A stretch of DNA of 63,312 nucleotides, filler included, from Octopus bimaculoides (GCF_001194135.2; 4 parts of 4 records of this genome joined end to end with filler, not necessarily neighbours in it); one strand, 5' to 3'. Positions 37,281-50,080 are shown, counted from the first letter of the whole stretch. Notes: a model not told the origin generated them from the sequence alone. Numbers and translations: made by a program.

Positions 37281-38237
37281 ACACGTTGCGTATATATATT
37301 TATATATATNNNNNNNNNNNNNNNNNNNNNNNNNNNNNNNNNNNNNNNNNNNNNNNNNNNNNNNNNNNNNNNNNNNNNNNNNNNNNNNNNNNNNNNNNNN
37401 NNNNNNNNNNNNNNNNNNNNNNNNNNNNNNNNNNNNNNNNNNNNNNNNNNNNNNNNNNNNNNNNNNNNNNNNNNNNNNNNNNNNNNNNNNNNNNNNNNNN
37501 NNNNNNNNNNNNNNNNNNNNNNNNNNNNNNNNNNNNNNNNNNNNNNNNNNNNNNNNNNNNNNNNNNNNNNNNNNNNNNNNNNNNNNNNNNNNNNNNNNNN
37601 NNNNNNNNNNNNNNNNNNNNNNNNNNNNNNNNNNNNNNNNNNNNNNNNNNNNNNNNNNNNNNNNNNNNNNNNNNNNNNNNNNNNNNNNNNNNNNNNNNNN
37701 NNNNNNNNNNNNNNNNNNNNNNNNNNNNNNNNNNNNNNNNNNNNNNNNNNNNNNNNNNNNNNNNNNNNNNNNNNNNNNNNNNNNNNNNNNNNNNNNNNNN
37801 NNNNNNNNNNNNNNNNNNNNNNNNNNNNNNNNNNNNNNNNNNNNNNNNNNNNNNNNNNNNNNNNNNNNNNNNNNNNNNNNNNNNNNNNNNNNNNNNNNNN
37901 NNNNNNNNNNNNNNNNNNNNNNNNNNNNNNNNNNNNNNNNNNNNNNNNNNNNNNNNNNNNNNNNNNNNNNNNNNNNNNNNNNNNNNNNNNNNNNNNNNNN
38001 NNNNNNNNNNNNNNNNNNNNNNNNNNNNNNNNNNNNNNNNNNNNNNNNNNNNNNNNNNNNNNNNNNNNNNNNNNNNNNNNNNNNNNNNNNNNNNNNNNNN
38101 NNNNNNNNNNNNNNNNNNNNNNNNNNNNNNNNNNNNNNNNNNNNNNNNNNNNNNNNNNNNNNNNNNNNNNNNNNNNNNNNNNNNNNNNNNNNNNNNNNNN
38201 NNNNNNNNNNNNNNNNNNNNNNNNNNNNNNNNNNNNN

Positions 38238-38300
<63 letters not shown>

Positions 38301-38304
<4 letters not shown>

Positions 38305-38445
38305 TAGGAGTGGCTGTGTGGGGAAAAGCTTACTTACCAACCACATGGTTCCGGGTTCAGTCCGACTGCGTGACAACTTGGACAAGTGTCTTCTACTATA
38401 GCATCGGGCCGACTAAAGGCGGTGCTTCAGCATGGCCGCAGCCAC
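38301..38445 (+). mobile_element. SINE family A with ~235-bp internal deletion (head fused to tail)
   Basis: ggcgtaggagtggctgtgtgg...aagtgtcttctactatagcatcgggc-cgactaaag-gcggtgcttcagcatggccgcag. Confidence 0.9.
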
Positions 38446-38777
38446 AAAACAGTATATATATAAGGTGAACAAGGGCACTAAACAGCAGCAGTATTGATAG
38501 GACTACTAAGTCAAAACAATTTAATAGTCAACAAAACCAATATCTTAATGAACACGCTCCGTATGGTCGCAGATACGGCCAGTTGATCGATGATTTCGCA
38601 TTTTGATGCTTAATGCATCTCAACGCTCATCAAAAGCTCTCACTGTAACTAAGCAACAAGGTAACGACTAAGACACGTGAATTTTGCTGGCTATTGGGCT
38701 GTTTTGACTCTTATTTCTAGCAATACTGGGGCTGATTAGTGTCCTTGTTCTATTTAGTGACGTATATATTCTTTTCT

Positions 38778-38968
38778 AAACTAGGTACGAGGCCTGAAAT
38801 TTTGTGGGAGGTGGACAGTCGATTATATCGACTCCAGTAAGCAATTGATACTTTATTTATCGACCCTGAGGAGATGAAAGGCAAAGTCGACCTCGGTGGA
38901 ATTTGAACTCAGAACGTAACGGCAGACGAAATAACGCTATGTATTTCGCCCGGCGTACTAACGTTCCT
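38778..38968 (-). mobile_element. SINE family B
   Basis: gatgaaaggcaaagtcgacctcggtggaatttgaactcagaacgtaacggcagacgaaata..tttcgcccggcgtactaacg. Confidence 0.92.
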
Positions 38969-38969
38969 A

Positions 38970-39201
38970 ATTTCTTTATTGCCCACAAGGGGCTACACAT
39001 AGAGTTCACAAACAAGGACAGACAAAGGGATTAAGTCGATGACATCGACCCCAGTGCGTAACTCGTATTTAATTTATCGACCTCGAAAGGATGAAAGGCA
39101 AAGTCGACGTCGGTGGAATTTGAACTCAGAACGTAAAGACAGACGAAATACTGCTAAGCATTTCGCCCGGCGTGCTAATGTTTCTGCTGGCTCTCCGCCT
39201 T
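38970..39201 (-). mobile_element. SINE family B with alternative 3' tail
   Basis: Same head and body as 38778, but tail on plus strand is tttctttattgcccacaaggggctacacatagag..aaacaaggacagacaaaggg. Confidence 0.92.
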
Positions 39202-39514
39202 TAGTCACGTACACATTCCTGCCTTTAGGTCGTAATATTGCGATTTAGCCACCCATATTATATATGTATATGTGTGTGTGTTTATATTAAGGAGATTACG
39301 CCGGTCTATCGTAGACTTACTTACGTTTCGTTCAAAATCACGACGCAACCATCGGGCCAGGAGACGAAATCACAATTTTACTATTGTGGGCCAAAACCTA
39401 ACGACTAAGGCACGCAACTCCAGACACGCATACGCATACACGCGTGCTCACACACACATATGCATGCATGTATAAATATGTACATATATATTCATACATA
39501 TAATTACGTGTGTG

Positions 39515-39594
<80 letters not shown>

Positions 39595-39767
39595 TAAATT
39601 TTGCGTGCGTATATACACGTATACAACACACATACACAGATTATTCTATGTGAATATAGTGTGGGAGTCTATACAAACACACATACGATTGTGTGTGTGT
39701 ATACACATCTATGGATGTATTTGTACCTATACCTACATACATATATATGTGTATATATACATACATA

Positions 39768-39811
<44 letters not shown>

Positions 39812-40097
39812 AGTGGGATACCATAGAGGCTGGGTGTTGCACACAATTCATCAATATGAAAGTAACTCCTCTTCGCTTTATATCTTAGAATTTTCTAAAT
39901 ATAAACGCAACGCTGTTTTTAACTGCCAAACACAATATTACGTAAGCTCTTGGATATTAAAAAATAACAAAAAGCTTCAATGACTTTCAGGATCCAATGC
40001 TCTTCACGCTATACATGTATGTGTATGTGTGAATATGTGTGTGTGTGTATAGATGGATAGAGAGATAAATATATAGATACAAATATTTACACATAGA

Positions 40098-40200
<103 letters not shown>

Positions 40201-40203
40201 GTA

Positions 40204-40242
<39 letters not shown>

Positions 40243-41211
40243 TGAGAGAGAGAGAGAGAGAAAGCGAGTCAGGATCTATTTATATTTCCTATATTTTGAT
40301 GTCTAAAACAATATTTACAATAAGAAAATATACCACAGAAAATGTCATCTTATACTTTGAATATACGTTGCAACGTCTTTAATGCCATTATCAGAGTGGT
40401 ACTAACTTTATATTAACCGAGTTCAGACCCCGCCGAAATCATCTTTGCCAACTCTTCTTTTCTAGATCATTAGAATTAGTTATTAGTCAAGTAGATTGGT
40501 CGAGGGTTTTGATTACCCAGCATCCAATCAATAATGTTGACCTTTTAAAAACCCAAACAATATTGGTAAAACATTGTAATAGACATCGGAGAGGTTGCAA
40601 GAGGCAATGACAATTTCAGAAATAGAAAAAAAAAATTTAATTAGTGGAAACTTAACCGGTGTACGTGTTAATTAATAAGACATTAAAACAGAATGACTTG
40701 CCCCAGACACAACAAAATTCTAATAGAATTTTCTTGGCAGANNNNNNNNNNNNNNNNNNNNNNNNNNNNNNNNNNNNNNNNNNNNNNNNNNNNNNNNNNN
40801 NNNNNNNNNNNNNNNNNNNNNNNNNNNNNNNNNNNNNNNNNNNNNNNNNNNNNNNNNNNNNNNNNNNNNNNNNNNNNNNNNNNNNNNNNNNNNNNNNNNN
40901 NNNNNNNNNNNNNNNNNNNNNNNNNNNNNNNNNNNNNNNNNNNNNNNNNNNNNNNNNNNNNNNNNNNNNNNNNNNNNNNNNNNNNNNNNNNNNNNNNNNN
41001 NNNNNNNNNNNNNNNNNNNNNNNNNNNNNNNNNNNNNNNNNNNNNNNNNNNNNNNNNNNNNNNNNNNNNNNNNNNNNNNNNNNNNNNNNNNNNNNNNNNN
41101 NNNNNNNNNNNNNNNNNNNNNNNNNNNNNNNNNNNNNNNNNNNNNNNNNNNNNNNNNNNNNNNNNNNNNNNNNNNNNNNNNNNNNNNNNNNNNNNNNNNN
41201 NNNNNNNNNNN

Positions 41212-41563
41212 GGACTCGCGGTCGGAAGATCGCGGTTTCGATTCCCATACCGGCTGTTGTGAGTGTTTATTGAGCGAAATCACCTAAAGTCTCACGAGGC
41301 TCCTGCAAGGGACGGTGGCGAACTCTGCTATACTCTTTCACCACAACTTCCTCTCACTCTTTCTTACTGTTGCTATTGTACCTGCATTTCAAAGGGGACA
41401 GCCTTGTCACAATATGTGTCACGCTGAATCTCCCCCGAGAACTACGTTAAGGGTACATGTGTCTGTGGAGTGCTCAGCCACTTACACGTTAATTTCATGA
41501 ACAGGTTGTTCCGTTGATCGGATCAACTGGAACCCTCGTCGCCGTAACCGACGGAGTACCAAC
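41212..41563 (+). mobile_element. SINE family C, nearly full length (5' bases in gap)
   Basis: ggactcgcggtc..gatcgcggtttcgattccc (B box)...gagaactacgttaagggtac...ggaaccctcgtcgccgtaaccgacggagtacc. Confidence 0.9.
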
Positions 41564-41790
41564 CATATATTTTGCTGTAAAGTTATAGTGGGACCTGGGT
41601 AAAAATCGGTTGGGAAACACTGCGTTAGATCGTCAGAGAAAGTGCTTAACGATTTGTCTTTGATTATCTACGTTTTGAGTTCGAATCATGCCGTGTTTAG
41701 TTTCAACTTTCATCATTCCTGGTTGTGTAAAATCAGATAATAGCGAAATACTTTGGTCGATATGTGCTTAGGTTTTAAAACGAGAATTTT

Positions 41791-42045
41791 CCTTGGTGCG
41801 ATCATACAGAAGCACCGTCTTTAGTGTGATTGGCTTTTATTTCACACTCATTCTTGGTTTTCTGTCCGAAATTGTGTCTGGTGAAGTAGCGAGTCGGAGA
41901 GAAGTGCTTTTCTTCGTGTTCTCTGTCGCGTTATAGGCTTATCTGGTACCTCAGATGAAATTTTGTTCAAATTCTTTTTGAAAACATCCACATCAACATC
42001 TCGAAGATCTCTGAGGATGTCTGGAAGGATATTGAATAACTGTGG
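41791..42045 (-). mobile_element. CR1/L2-type LINE 3' end (RT C-terminus + tail)
   Basis: Open frame 42045-41848: PQLFNILPDILRDLRDVDVDVFKKNLNKISSEVPDKPITRQRTRRKALLSDSLLHQTQFRTENQE*. This fits the CR1-clade PxLFNxLP...FKxxLD...PDxP...SNSL terminus. Degenerate tail aaagacggtgcttctgtatgatcgca follows. Confidence 0.88.
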
Positions 42046-42117
42046 GTATTATCTTTATCTACTCTCATTACAACAGTTTAATTACAGCTTATTATTTAGT
42101 TAGAGAAAGACTGTAAT

Positions 42118-42274
42118 CTGCCAGAATTGTTAGCACAACGGATACTGTGCTTATCGACATTTCGTCCGTCTTTACGTTGTGAGTTCAAATTTTGTCGAGG
42201 ACTGCTTTAAATTTTATCCTCGCCGTGCTTGATAAAATAAAGTATCAGTCAAGTACTGGAGTCAATGTAATCGA
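42118..42274 (+). mobile_element. SINE family B, decayed
   Basis: ctgccagaattgttagcac...catttcgtccgtctttacgttgtgagttcaaattttgtcgagg...gataaaataaagtatcagtc. Confidence 0.8.
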
Positions 42275-42724
42275 AAATTTCGTACCTTTTTACCATAGCA
42301 AAAAAGGGTTATTAAACTATGCTGCACTTTGAATGTATACTTTTGTCACGTGGGTAATATCAGAAAATCTGGCAAGCATAAAATAATTTTACATCGTTTT
42401 TGTATTTAGTTGGCCTGTTTTTTTTTATGTGAACAAAATAATTTTAATTTTATCTTTACAAAATTCTTGGAACTCATGCAAAACGATATTAATGCTAATT
42501 TTTAAAAGAAAAATATTTATTTTTTTAAAATGAAATAAAATAAATTTCTCATTTGTATATTTGCTATAAATTTGTTACAATTTTTCAAAATTCTATCATC
42601 AATATCGCAGTCTTCTTCATCGAAATTTTTTTTTACAAAATTTCCCTAAAAATCGTTATCATTGTCTGCCACCAAGCCTCGTATGTGCACTCACTTTTCA
42701 TTTCATGTCGTAATTCTAAGCTCT

Positions 42725-43033
42725 CTGTTACTACCCCAGATTAACAGTATTGTATAGATTAGTAAAGAACTCCACGTATTCTTGTGGCAGGATACGAGGT
42801 TTTTCAGCGATCTTACGCTGATTAAGTCCACCTTCAGATTAACCCACAATACGGCCTCTTTAAAATTCAGACTGTTTCAATGCTTCTTTTGTACGTGGCA
42901 CGATTAAGCAACCGTATATAGAACCTGGGACATAAAAATGTCAATTAATAAAAAAATTTAAACCTTTTCAACTTAAAATAAACATAAAACTATGTTTTAT
43001 GGGGTGTCTATTTACTTCTGTCATGTCACTGTA
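42725..43033 (-). mobile_element. Decayed Tc1-like transposon left end (TIR + transposase N-terminus)
   Basis: Minus strand TA|CAGTGACATGACAGAAGTAAATAGACACCCC (43033-43001) is a typical Tc1 TIR with TA site. From 42901 it reads VPRTKEALKQSEF*RGRIVG*SEGGLNQRKIAEK, resembling the Tc1 paired-like HTH (LSEFERGRIVG...GLSQRxIA). No partner TIR seen. Confidence 0.8.
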
Positions 43034-43098
43034 TATATGCACATATATACATATATATGTATATGTGTATATCTATATCTATATGTATGTAGGTATGT

Positions 43099-43275
<177 letters not shown>

Positions 43276-44125
43276 TGTGTGTGTATACATTCATACATTT
43301 ATATATATGCACATATATGTATGCATGTATACTTATATATGTATATATACATACACATATATATCTGCACATATATGTGTACGTATATTTAACCATACAT
43401 ATACCCTCACTTACATAATACAATGTATTGAGTACTTTTTTTGTTGTTCGTTAGAAGCAACACACACACACACGCACATGCACACAAACACACACACACA
43501 CATACTTACAAATACATAAACACAGACCTATATGGAAGGTAAGAAAGAAAATGAATAAAAACAGAATAAGACAGAAATGACGTCAAGTTGTGTGCGAGAA
43601 GCAAAAAGGATTGAGTGCGTAAGAAACAGGCGGAGGGAAAGAATGGTAGACAGGAATCGAGTCACAAAGAGAGAGTGGACGAGAGAGAGAGAGAGAGAGA
43701 GAGGGAGGGAGAGAGGGTGAGTGAGTGAGTGAGTAGTGAGTGAATGAGTGAGTGAGTGAATGAGTGAGTGAGAGAGTTAGTTGGTTGAGAGAGAGAGAGA
43801 GTGATCACTCCATTTGTTTGTATACTGCACGTAAAATGTCTATTTTTAATATGATGGATCTACGAGAGCTCTGCCTTGTGTTGTTGTTGTTGTTGCTGCT
43901 GCTGTTGTGGTTGTTGTTGTTTTTGCTGCCGCTGGTGTGGTTGTTGTTGTTGTTGTTGTTGTTGTTATTATTATTATTTTCTAGGTTACTTGGCCTGCTA
44001 GCAACATGTCTTGCCCTATCTTCCTTTTAATCAACACTCGCATTCACACATACACGTATTCACATGCGCCAATGTCTTGTGTGCATACGATATATATAAA
44101 TATATATATATATGCATATATACAT

Positions 44126-44159
<34 letters not shown>

Positions 44160-44468
44160 NNNNNNNNNNNNNNNNNNNNNNNNNNNNNNNNNNNNNNNNN
44201 NNNNNNNNNNNNNNNNNNNNNNNNNNNNNNNNNNNNNNNNNNNNNNNNNNNNNNNNNNNNNNNNNNNNNNNNNNNNNNNNNNNNNNNNNNNNNNNNNNNN
44301 NNNNNNNNNNNNNNNNNNNNNNNNNNNNNNNNNNNNNNNNNNNNNNNNNNNNNNTATACGTGTGTGAGTGTGTGTACATATATACCTGTAGGTATGTATT
44401 TATGTATTTTGGTGATAAATTAGATTTGGTTACACACCCAATATGCTTATTCAGAAGCACCACATGCT

Positions 44469-44500
<32 letters not shown>

Positions 44501-44967
44501 CAAACATACAAAACATAAACATGTGTGTGTGTGTGTGTGCGTGTGTGTGTGTGTGTGTGTGCGTGTGCGCGTGTGTGTGTGTGTGTGTTTGTGCATATAA
44601 GCATTCATACATACATATATATGTACATTGATATATATACTTACGAATATATACAAATTTGTCTTGTTTCCAATCAACTTTATAAACCTATCTTTTCATC
44701 CATCCATCTGTGCTTCAAAGTATCCATGCCACTATCTATCTGTCTGTATATATGTATGTTTGGATGTTTTTATGTTTGGATGTTTGTATGTTTGTTTGTC
44801 TGTCTATATGCACACATTTCAATATACCGATATATCTATCTTTCTTCCTATTCATCTATTTACCTATCATAGTTATTTTATCCGTTGACCGATCCTCCCG
44901 ATCTTCTATGCAATGAATCAAATTATCAATGGCTAGGCCACTCATATATGTGTAAATATTTCAGTAC

Positions 44968-45002
<35 letters not shown>

Positions 45003-45010
45003 GACGTGTA

Positions 45011-45225
45011 GGGAAGCGAGCTGGCAGAATCGTTACCACGCCGGGCATAAATGCTTAGCGGCATTTCGACATATTCATGTTCTGAGTTCAAATTCCGCCG
45101 AGGCCCCCTTTAGGTTTCATCGTTTCGGGTCGATAAAATAAGTACCATTCAAGCACTGGGGTCGATGCGATCTGCTTGTCCCTTTCCATGAAATTGCTGG
45201 CCTTGTGTCAAAATTTGAAATCAAT
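45011..45225 (+). mobile_element. SINE family B, full length
   Basis: gcgagctggcagaatcgttaccacgccgggc...gagttcaaattccgccgagg...ggtcgataaaataagtacc...ggccttgtgtcaaaatttgaaatc. Confidence 0.93.
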
Positions 45226-45251
45226 ATATACGACGTTTATTATATACTATC

Positions 45252-45400
45252 ACGAGCTGACAGAATCGTTAACACTCTGGGCACAATGCTTTTCGCAATA
45301 ATTTAAAATTCTGCCGAGGTCAACTTTGGCTTTCATCCATCCAGGATCGATAAATTAAATAGCAATCAAATAAGGGGTCGATGCAATCGACTAGTCATTC
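45252..45400 (+). mobile_element. SINE family B, second tandem copy with internal deletion
   Basis: cgagctgacagaatcgttaacac...aaattctgccgaggtcaactttggctttcatcc..gatcgataaattaa..ggggtcgatgcaatcgact. Confidence 0.85.
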
Positions 45401-46220
45401 GCACCGAAAATAAATAAATAATAGGCAGGGATTGTGCCTATAACATAAAGGATTCTTTTAGGATACACAACCAAAGTTCTTGTGATAATTCTTGAGAACA
45501 NNNNNNNNNNNNNNNNNNNNNNNNNNNNNNNNNNNNNNNNNNNNNNNNNNNNNNNNNNNNNNNNNNNNNNNNNNNNNNNNNNNNNNNNNNNNNNNNNNNN
45601 NNNNNNNNNNNNNNNNNNNNNNNNNNNNNNNNNNNNNNNNNNNNNNNNNNNNNNNNNNNNNNNNNNNNNNNNNNNNNNNNNNNNNNNNNNNNNNNNNNNN
45701 NNNNNNNNNNNNNNNNNNNNNNNNNNNNNNNNNNNNNNNNNNNNNNNNNNNNNNNNNNNNNNNNNNNNNNNNNNNNNNNNNNNNNNNNNNNNNNNNNNNN
45801 NNNNNNNNNNTATGTGTATATTTATATTTCCTTATTTTTCAAATTCCAAATATATGTAGAGAACACGTTTACAAAAGTATATATATGTTAGATAGCGTCG
45901 CTATTATGTTAATCTGTCGTATATCCAAATTTGACCAAATGCATCTTTTACAATATTTAATTTTGCCTGCAATAGCCGGTTCTTTTGGTCAAACTACTGT
46001 ATTTCCAGCTGCTTCAGATGCCAAGATATGAAAATTGTCAAAGTGTAATACAACTGTTAAGCATTTTTCACAAAAGTGTAGTAAGCCCCACATACCATAG
46101 TTTTGCAAAAATATTTCTGACTGAAAATATCATACATGCATGGAGTTCTAATTCCATACGCCCCAAAAAATATTATAGTTAAGATGAAGCTATTGCTAAT
46201 GTAAAAAGAAATGGAATGGT

Positions 46221-46274
46221 GAAACTATATGTTTACATAGATACGTGTATCTATGTATGTAAACATATAGTTTC
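46221..46274. repeat. 54-bp quasi-palindrome
   Basis: gaaactatatgtttacatagatac-gt-gtatctatgtatgtaaacatatagtttc; perfect apart from a 4-nt insertion in the right arm. Confidence 0.93.
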
Positions 46275-46472
46275 TATACGACACTTTTGTGTAATAGCTA
46301 CGATATCTTATTAGGTAAAACTATTTTCAGCTAAACTTTGTGTACGTGTTTGTGTGTCAGTACACATATCTACATACTTGTATGCATAATCTGGTATAAG
46401 TATATATAGCTTGTCGGATTTCAGTCTGCCCATTTATGTCTGTATCTCTGGATATATGTATGTAACTTTTAT

Positions 46473-46885
46473 ATTTTACTTGTTTCAGATCATAGACTGC
46501 GGCTATGCTGCAGCACAGCTTTGAAGAATTTTAGTTGAACAAATCGACCTCTGTGCTTAAAAGTATTCTAAACTGGCATTTATTCTATCGAACTCTTTTC
46601 CTGAACCACTAAATTACGGGGAAATAAACACATCAACACTTGTTGTCAAGCGGTGGTGGGGAACAAAGACACACGCGAGCGTACATACAAACACTCATGC
46701 ACACACATATATGTGTATACATACGACGGGTTTTTTTTAGTTTGCGTCTACTAAATCCACTCACAAGGCTTTGGTCAACCCGAGACCCATAGGGGACACT
46801 TGCCAAAGTGTCACGCTGTGAGACTGAACTCAGAGTTATTTGATTGGTAAGCAAACTTCTTACCACACAGCAACACTTTCGCCTG
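46473..46885 (-). mobile_element. SINE family A, full length, old
   Basis: Tail, central domain, microsatellite, ctactaaatccactcacaaggctttggtc segment and head ggtaagcaaacttcttaccacacagc. Confidence 0.88.
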
Positions 46886-47097
46886 TGTTTGTTTGTCAAC
46901 CATTACCGCATCACAACCTTTGTTTGTGAGTTTACATCTCCGCAATTTCGTGGTTCGGCAAAAGACACCGAATGAAATAAATGCCAAGCTTGAAGAAAAC
47001 ATTTAGTAATGGGTCGATTCATTCGACTAAAATTCTTCCAGGCGGTGCCCCAGCCTGGTCACGGTCTAATGACTGAAGCAAGACAAAAGGTAAAACC
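46886..47097 (+). mobile_element. SINE family A 3' half, inverted relative to the adjacent copy
   Basis: ggttcggcaaaagacaccga...gggtcgattcattcgactaaaattctt..ggcggtgccccagcctggtcacggtctaatgactgaa. Confidence 0.8.
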
Positions 47098-47565
47098 TAA
47101 AAGATCATCATAATCATCATCACCGCCACCGCCACCGCCACCTCCATCGTCGTCGTCGTCGTTTTTATTCACATATGTATGCGTGTGGGTGCAGTTTCCT
47201 TTCTGATTACGTCTAATATATAACATAAGTGTTAAAATTGAAGCAGTGGTTGTATATCTTATGTGCATAAAACAAGCAAGGTGTGAATGGTGGTTTGTTT
47301 GTGTGGGTGCTTGTGTTTGGCGGTTTGTGAGTGCAGAAAAATATTATGATGTGCGGGAGCAACATCGCATGTAATTTGAATCTGTACATATATGTGCGTG
47401 TGTTTAGGCAACTTTTAATGCATATACGTGTGTGTATTTACATATATATTATGTATATATTCCTGTGTGTGTGTATGTGTGTATGTGTGTGTGTGTGTGT
47501 GCAAATATATGTATACCATATGTATCTAGTAGATTATTATTAGTAGTAGTAATATTGGAAGTAAT

Positions 47566-47645
47566 GTGGTGAGATGGCGGGATCGTTAGCACTATGGACA
47601 AAAATTTCTTCCATTTTTATGTTCTGAGTTCAAATTCTGCCGAGG
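47566..47645 (+). mobile_element. SINE family B 5' fragment
   Basis: ggcgggatcgttagcac...tttatgttctgagttcaaattctgccgagg. Confidence 0.7.
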
Positions 47646-48240
47646 ATGGCTCCATTCTTATCGAACAGTAACAAGCTGATGTCTGCGAAAATATAAGCGT
47701 CGTATCGAGTAAGGACATGCAAAGATATAAGATATAACGGAAGTGGTTTCTTTGAAGAATTCTGTATTATAAAGAGTCAAGAACGATAAATATGTCTTTC
47801 CTGAGCGTTGAATTTCAAAGCAGATAAAGTTATAAAGAATAGTACATATTGAGTTACAAAACATTTTGGAGAGAAAAATCACAGGCTTCATGTTTCCAGG
47901 AGATGAGTGTGCGTGTACCACAGGCAGTCTTCGAATTTCTCTATGCTGAGGGCATTTTAAGCCAATATTTACACGCTATGATTAATAACTTAATCTGTTT
48001 CAAGATTCAGCGTTCCGGGGAGAAACTGTTATGATTACCGGATATTTGACTGATGAGAGGTTGCTGCGAATAATCCGTCCTTCTTTTTCTAGTCTAACTT
48101 TTCTTTTTTTATTGTTTTTCCTGTGCGTCTTTTTATCGTCTATTTGTCCGGTTTATATATATATTAATAATATCAAGGGTAATAAGAAATATTAGAAATT
48201 TCTACTACCAGTGGCCTAGCGTGTAAAAATTTAGTCCATA

Positions 48241-48293
48241 GGTCCGCGAGTTTTGTACGTTTGATAAGGGCCAACGTACAAAACTCTCAGACC
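48241..48293. other. Hairpin: perfect 14-bp stem with 11-nt loop, extendable by ggtc/gacc
   Basis: gagttttgtacgtt (48248-48261) / aacgtacaaaactc (48273-48286). Confidence 0.9.
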
Positions 48294-49309
48294 GTGAGTC
48301 ACTGTTATTACTGCTAAAAATTTATATATATATATATACATATATATATATTATATATATATATACATACAAATATACATATATACATATATATTTATTA
48401 TATATATATATACATACAAATATACATATATACATATATATATATATATCTTTATCGAGATATATTTATATCTATATTTATCTATGTGTGTGTAGTTATG
48501 TATGTATGTGAATTTGTGTACGTGTGTGTACATGTATACAATTTGATAGGTGTCATGCACAAAATTATCGGTACTTGAGTAACTGTAAGGGTATGGTTTA
48601 GTCTTAGAGTGTGGGTTGAGTATACGCAGTAGAATGAAAATAAGACACATACACACACACACACAAATACATATATACACTTACACGTACACACTCTTAT
48701 GTAACACATGTTAATATATTAACTTATGAATGCATTACATAAGAGGTATATATTTTGAACTGTTGTATTATATATACAGATATTAAGTAATGTTTTAAAC
48801 GAGGGCGAATGTATGCTTACAGACTCCGGTAGTTATTTGAACATCACCACCCCCTCATCTTCCTCCTCCTCCTCCTCATTTACCACTCCCACCAGCACTT
48901 CAAGGTTAAACCAATTTCAAGAAAAATTATAATTACTTCTTCGTCCCTCCTTCGCAATAAAGATCTCTTCGTGACGGTACACAGTGACATGCCATTCGTT
49001 CTATGGCAGTCGAATGCATTAAATCGGTTCAAAGTCCACATAATTAAAGGAGTGTATACATACATACATACATACATACATATATGTGTGTGTTTGTGTA
49101 TGCAAGTATCTATGTACATGCCTACGTATGTATGTATGTATGTATGTATGTATGCATGTATCTGTGCATATGTATGTAAATGTATTTATATCCATACACA
49201 CACACACACACACATATACATGTACATATGTACATGTACGTGTATATATATGTGTGTGTGTGTGTGTGTTTGTGTGTGTCAGTATATATACATAGACATG
49301 TATGTGTGC

Positions 49310-49344
<35 letters not shown>

Positions 49345-50080
49345 NNNNNNNNNNNNNNNNNNNNNNNNNNNNNNNNNNNNNNNNNNNNNNNNNNNNNNNN
49401 NNNNNNNNNNNNNNNNNNNNNNNNTGTGTGTGTGTGTGTGTTTGTGTGTGTCAGTATATATACATAGACATGTATGTGTGCATATATATACATATATATA
49501 TATGTATGTATGTAGGTGTGTGTGTGCATCGATAGATAGATATAAACATATAACTGTGTATACTTGGTGACAAAAGGAATTGGGGTGGGGAGGATTTCTT
49601 ATTTTGAGGAAGGGAACCAATGGTTGGCGCATAAAATGTTATTATTTCATATCCGGGTTGCCGTTATTTTGAATATCCTCTATATCTCGGCCAGTAAAGT
49701 ACTCGGTTGCTTATCAACAAAATATAAACAAAGGCACCCCATAAAGCGGGATTTTCAATAGTGAAAAAACCAAAAAACAAAAAAAGAAGGAAAACAATAA
49801 ATAAAAACAAATAGAAAACGAAGTTAAAAAGTATATATAAATATATATGGAGGCGCACGCTTTTAATACGGATGGAAGCCGCACGGCGTGCAAATACGGG
49901 TATGTTTAATTATGGTGTGAAGACGTAAGAGGAGAAAATTAAACATCAGAAATGCGTGACATTGTTACAAGGGTTAGCGGAAATAAACGAGTTAATGGCA
50001 CGATATTATATTTTATATTTCCGTTTTTATTGGAACCGTCTGTAGTCACGACTGGGATTGTACGTAGATGGTTGCGCTAG

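Noticed and set aside
48982-48991. cagtgacatg matching the start of the Tc1 TIR at 43031
   Set aside because: Only 10 bp, no TA site, and on the wrong side to close the element.
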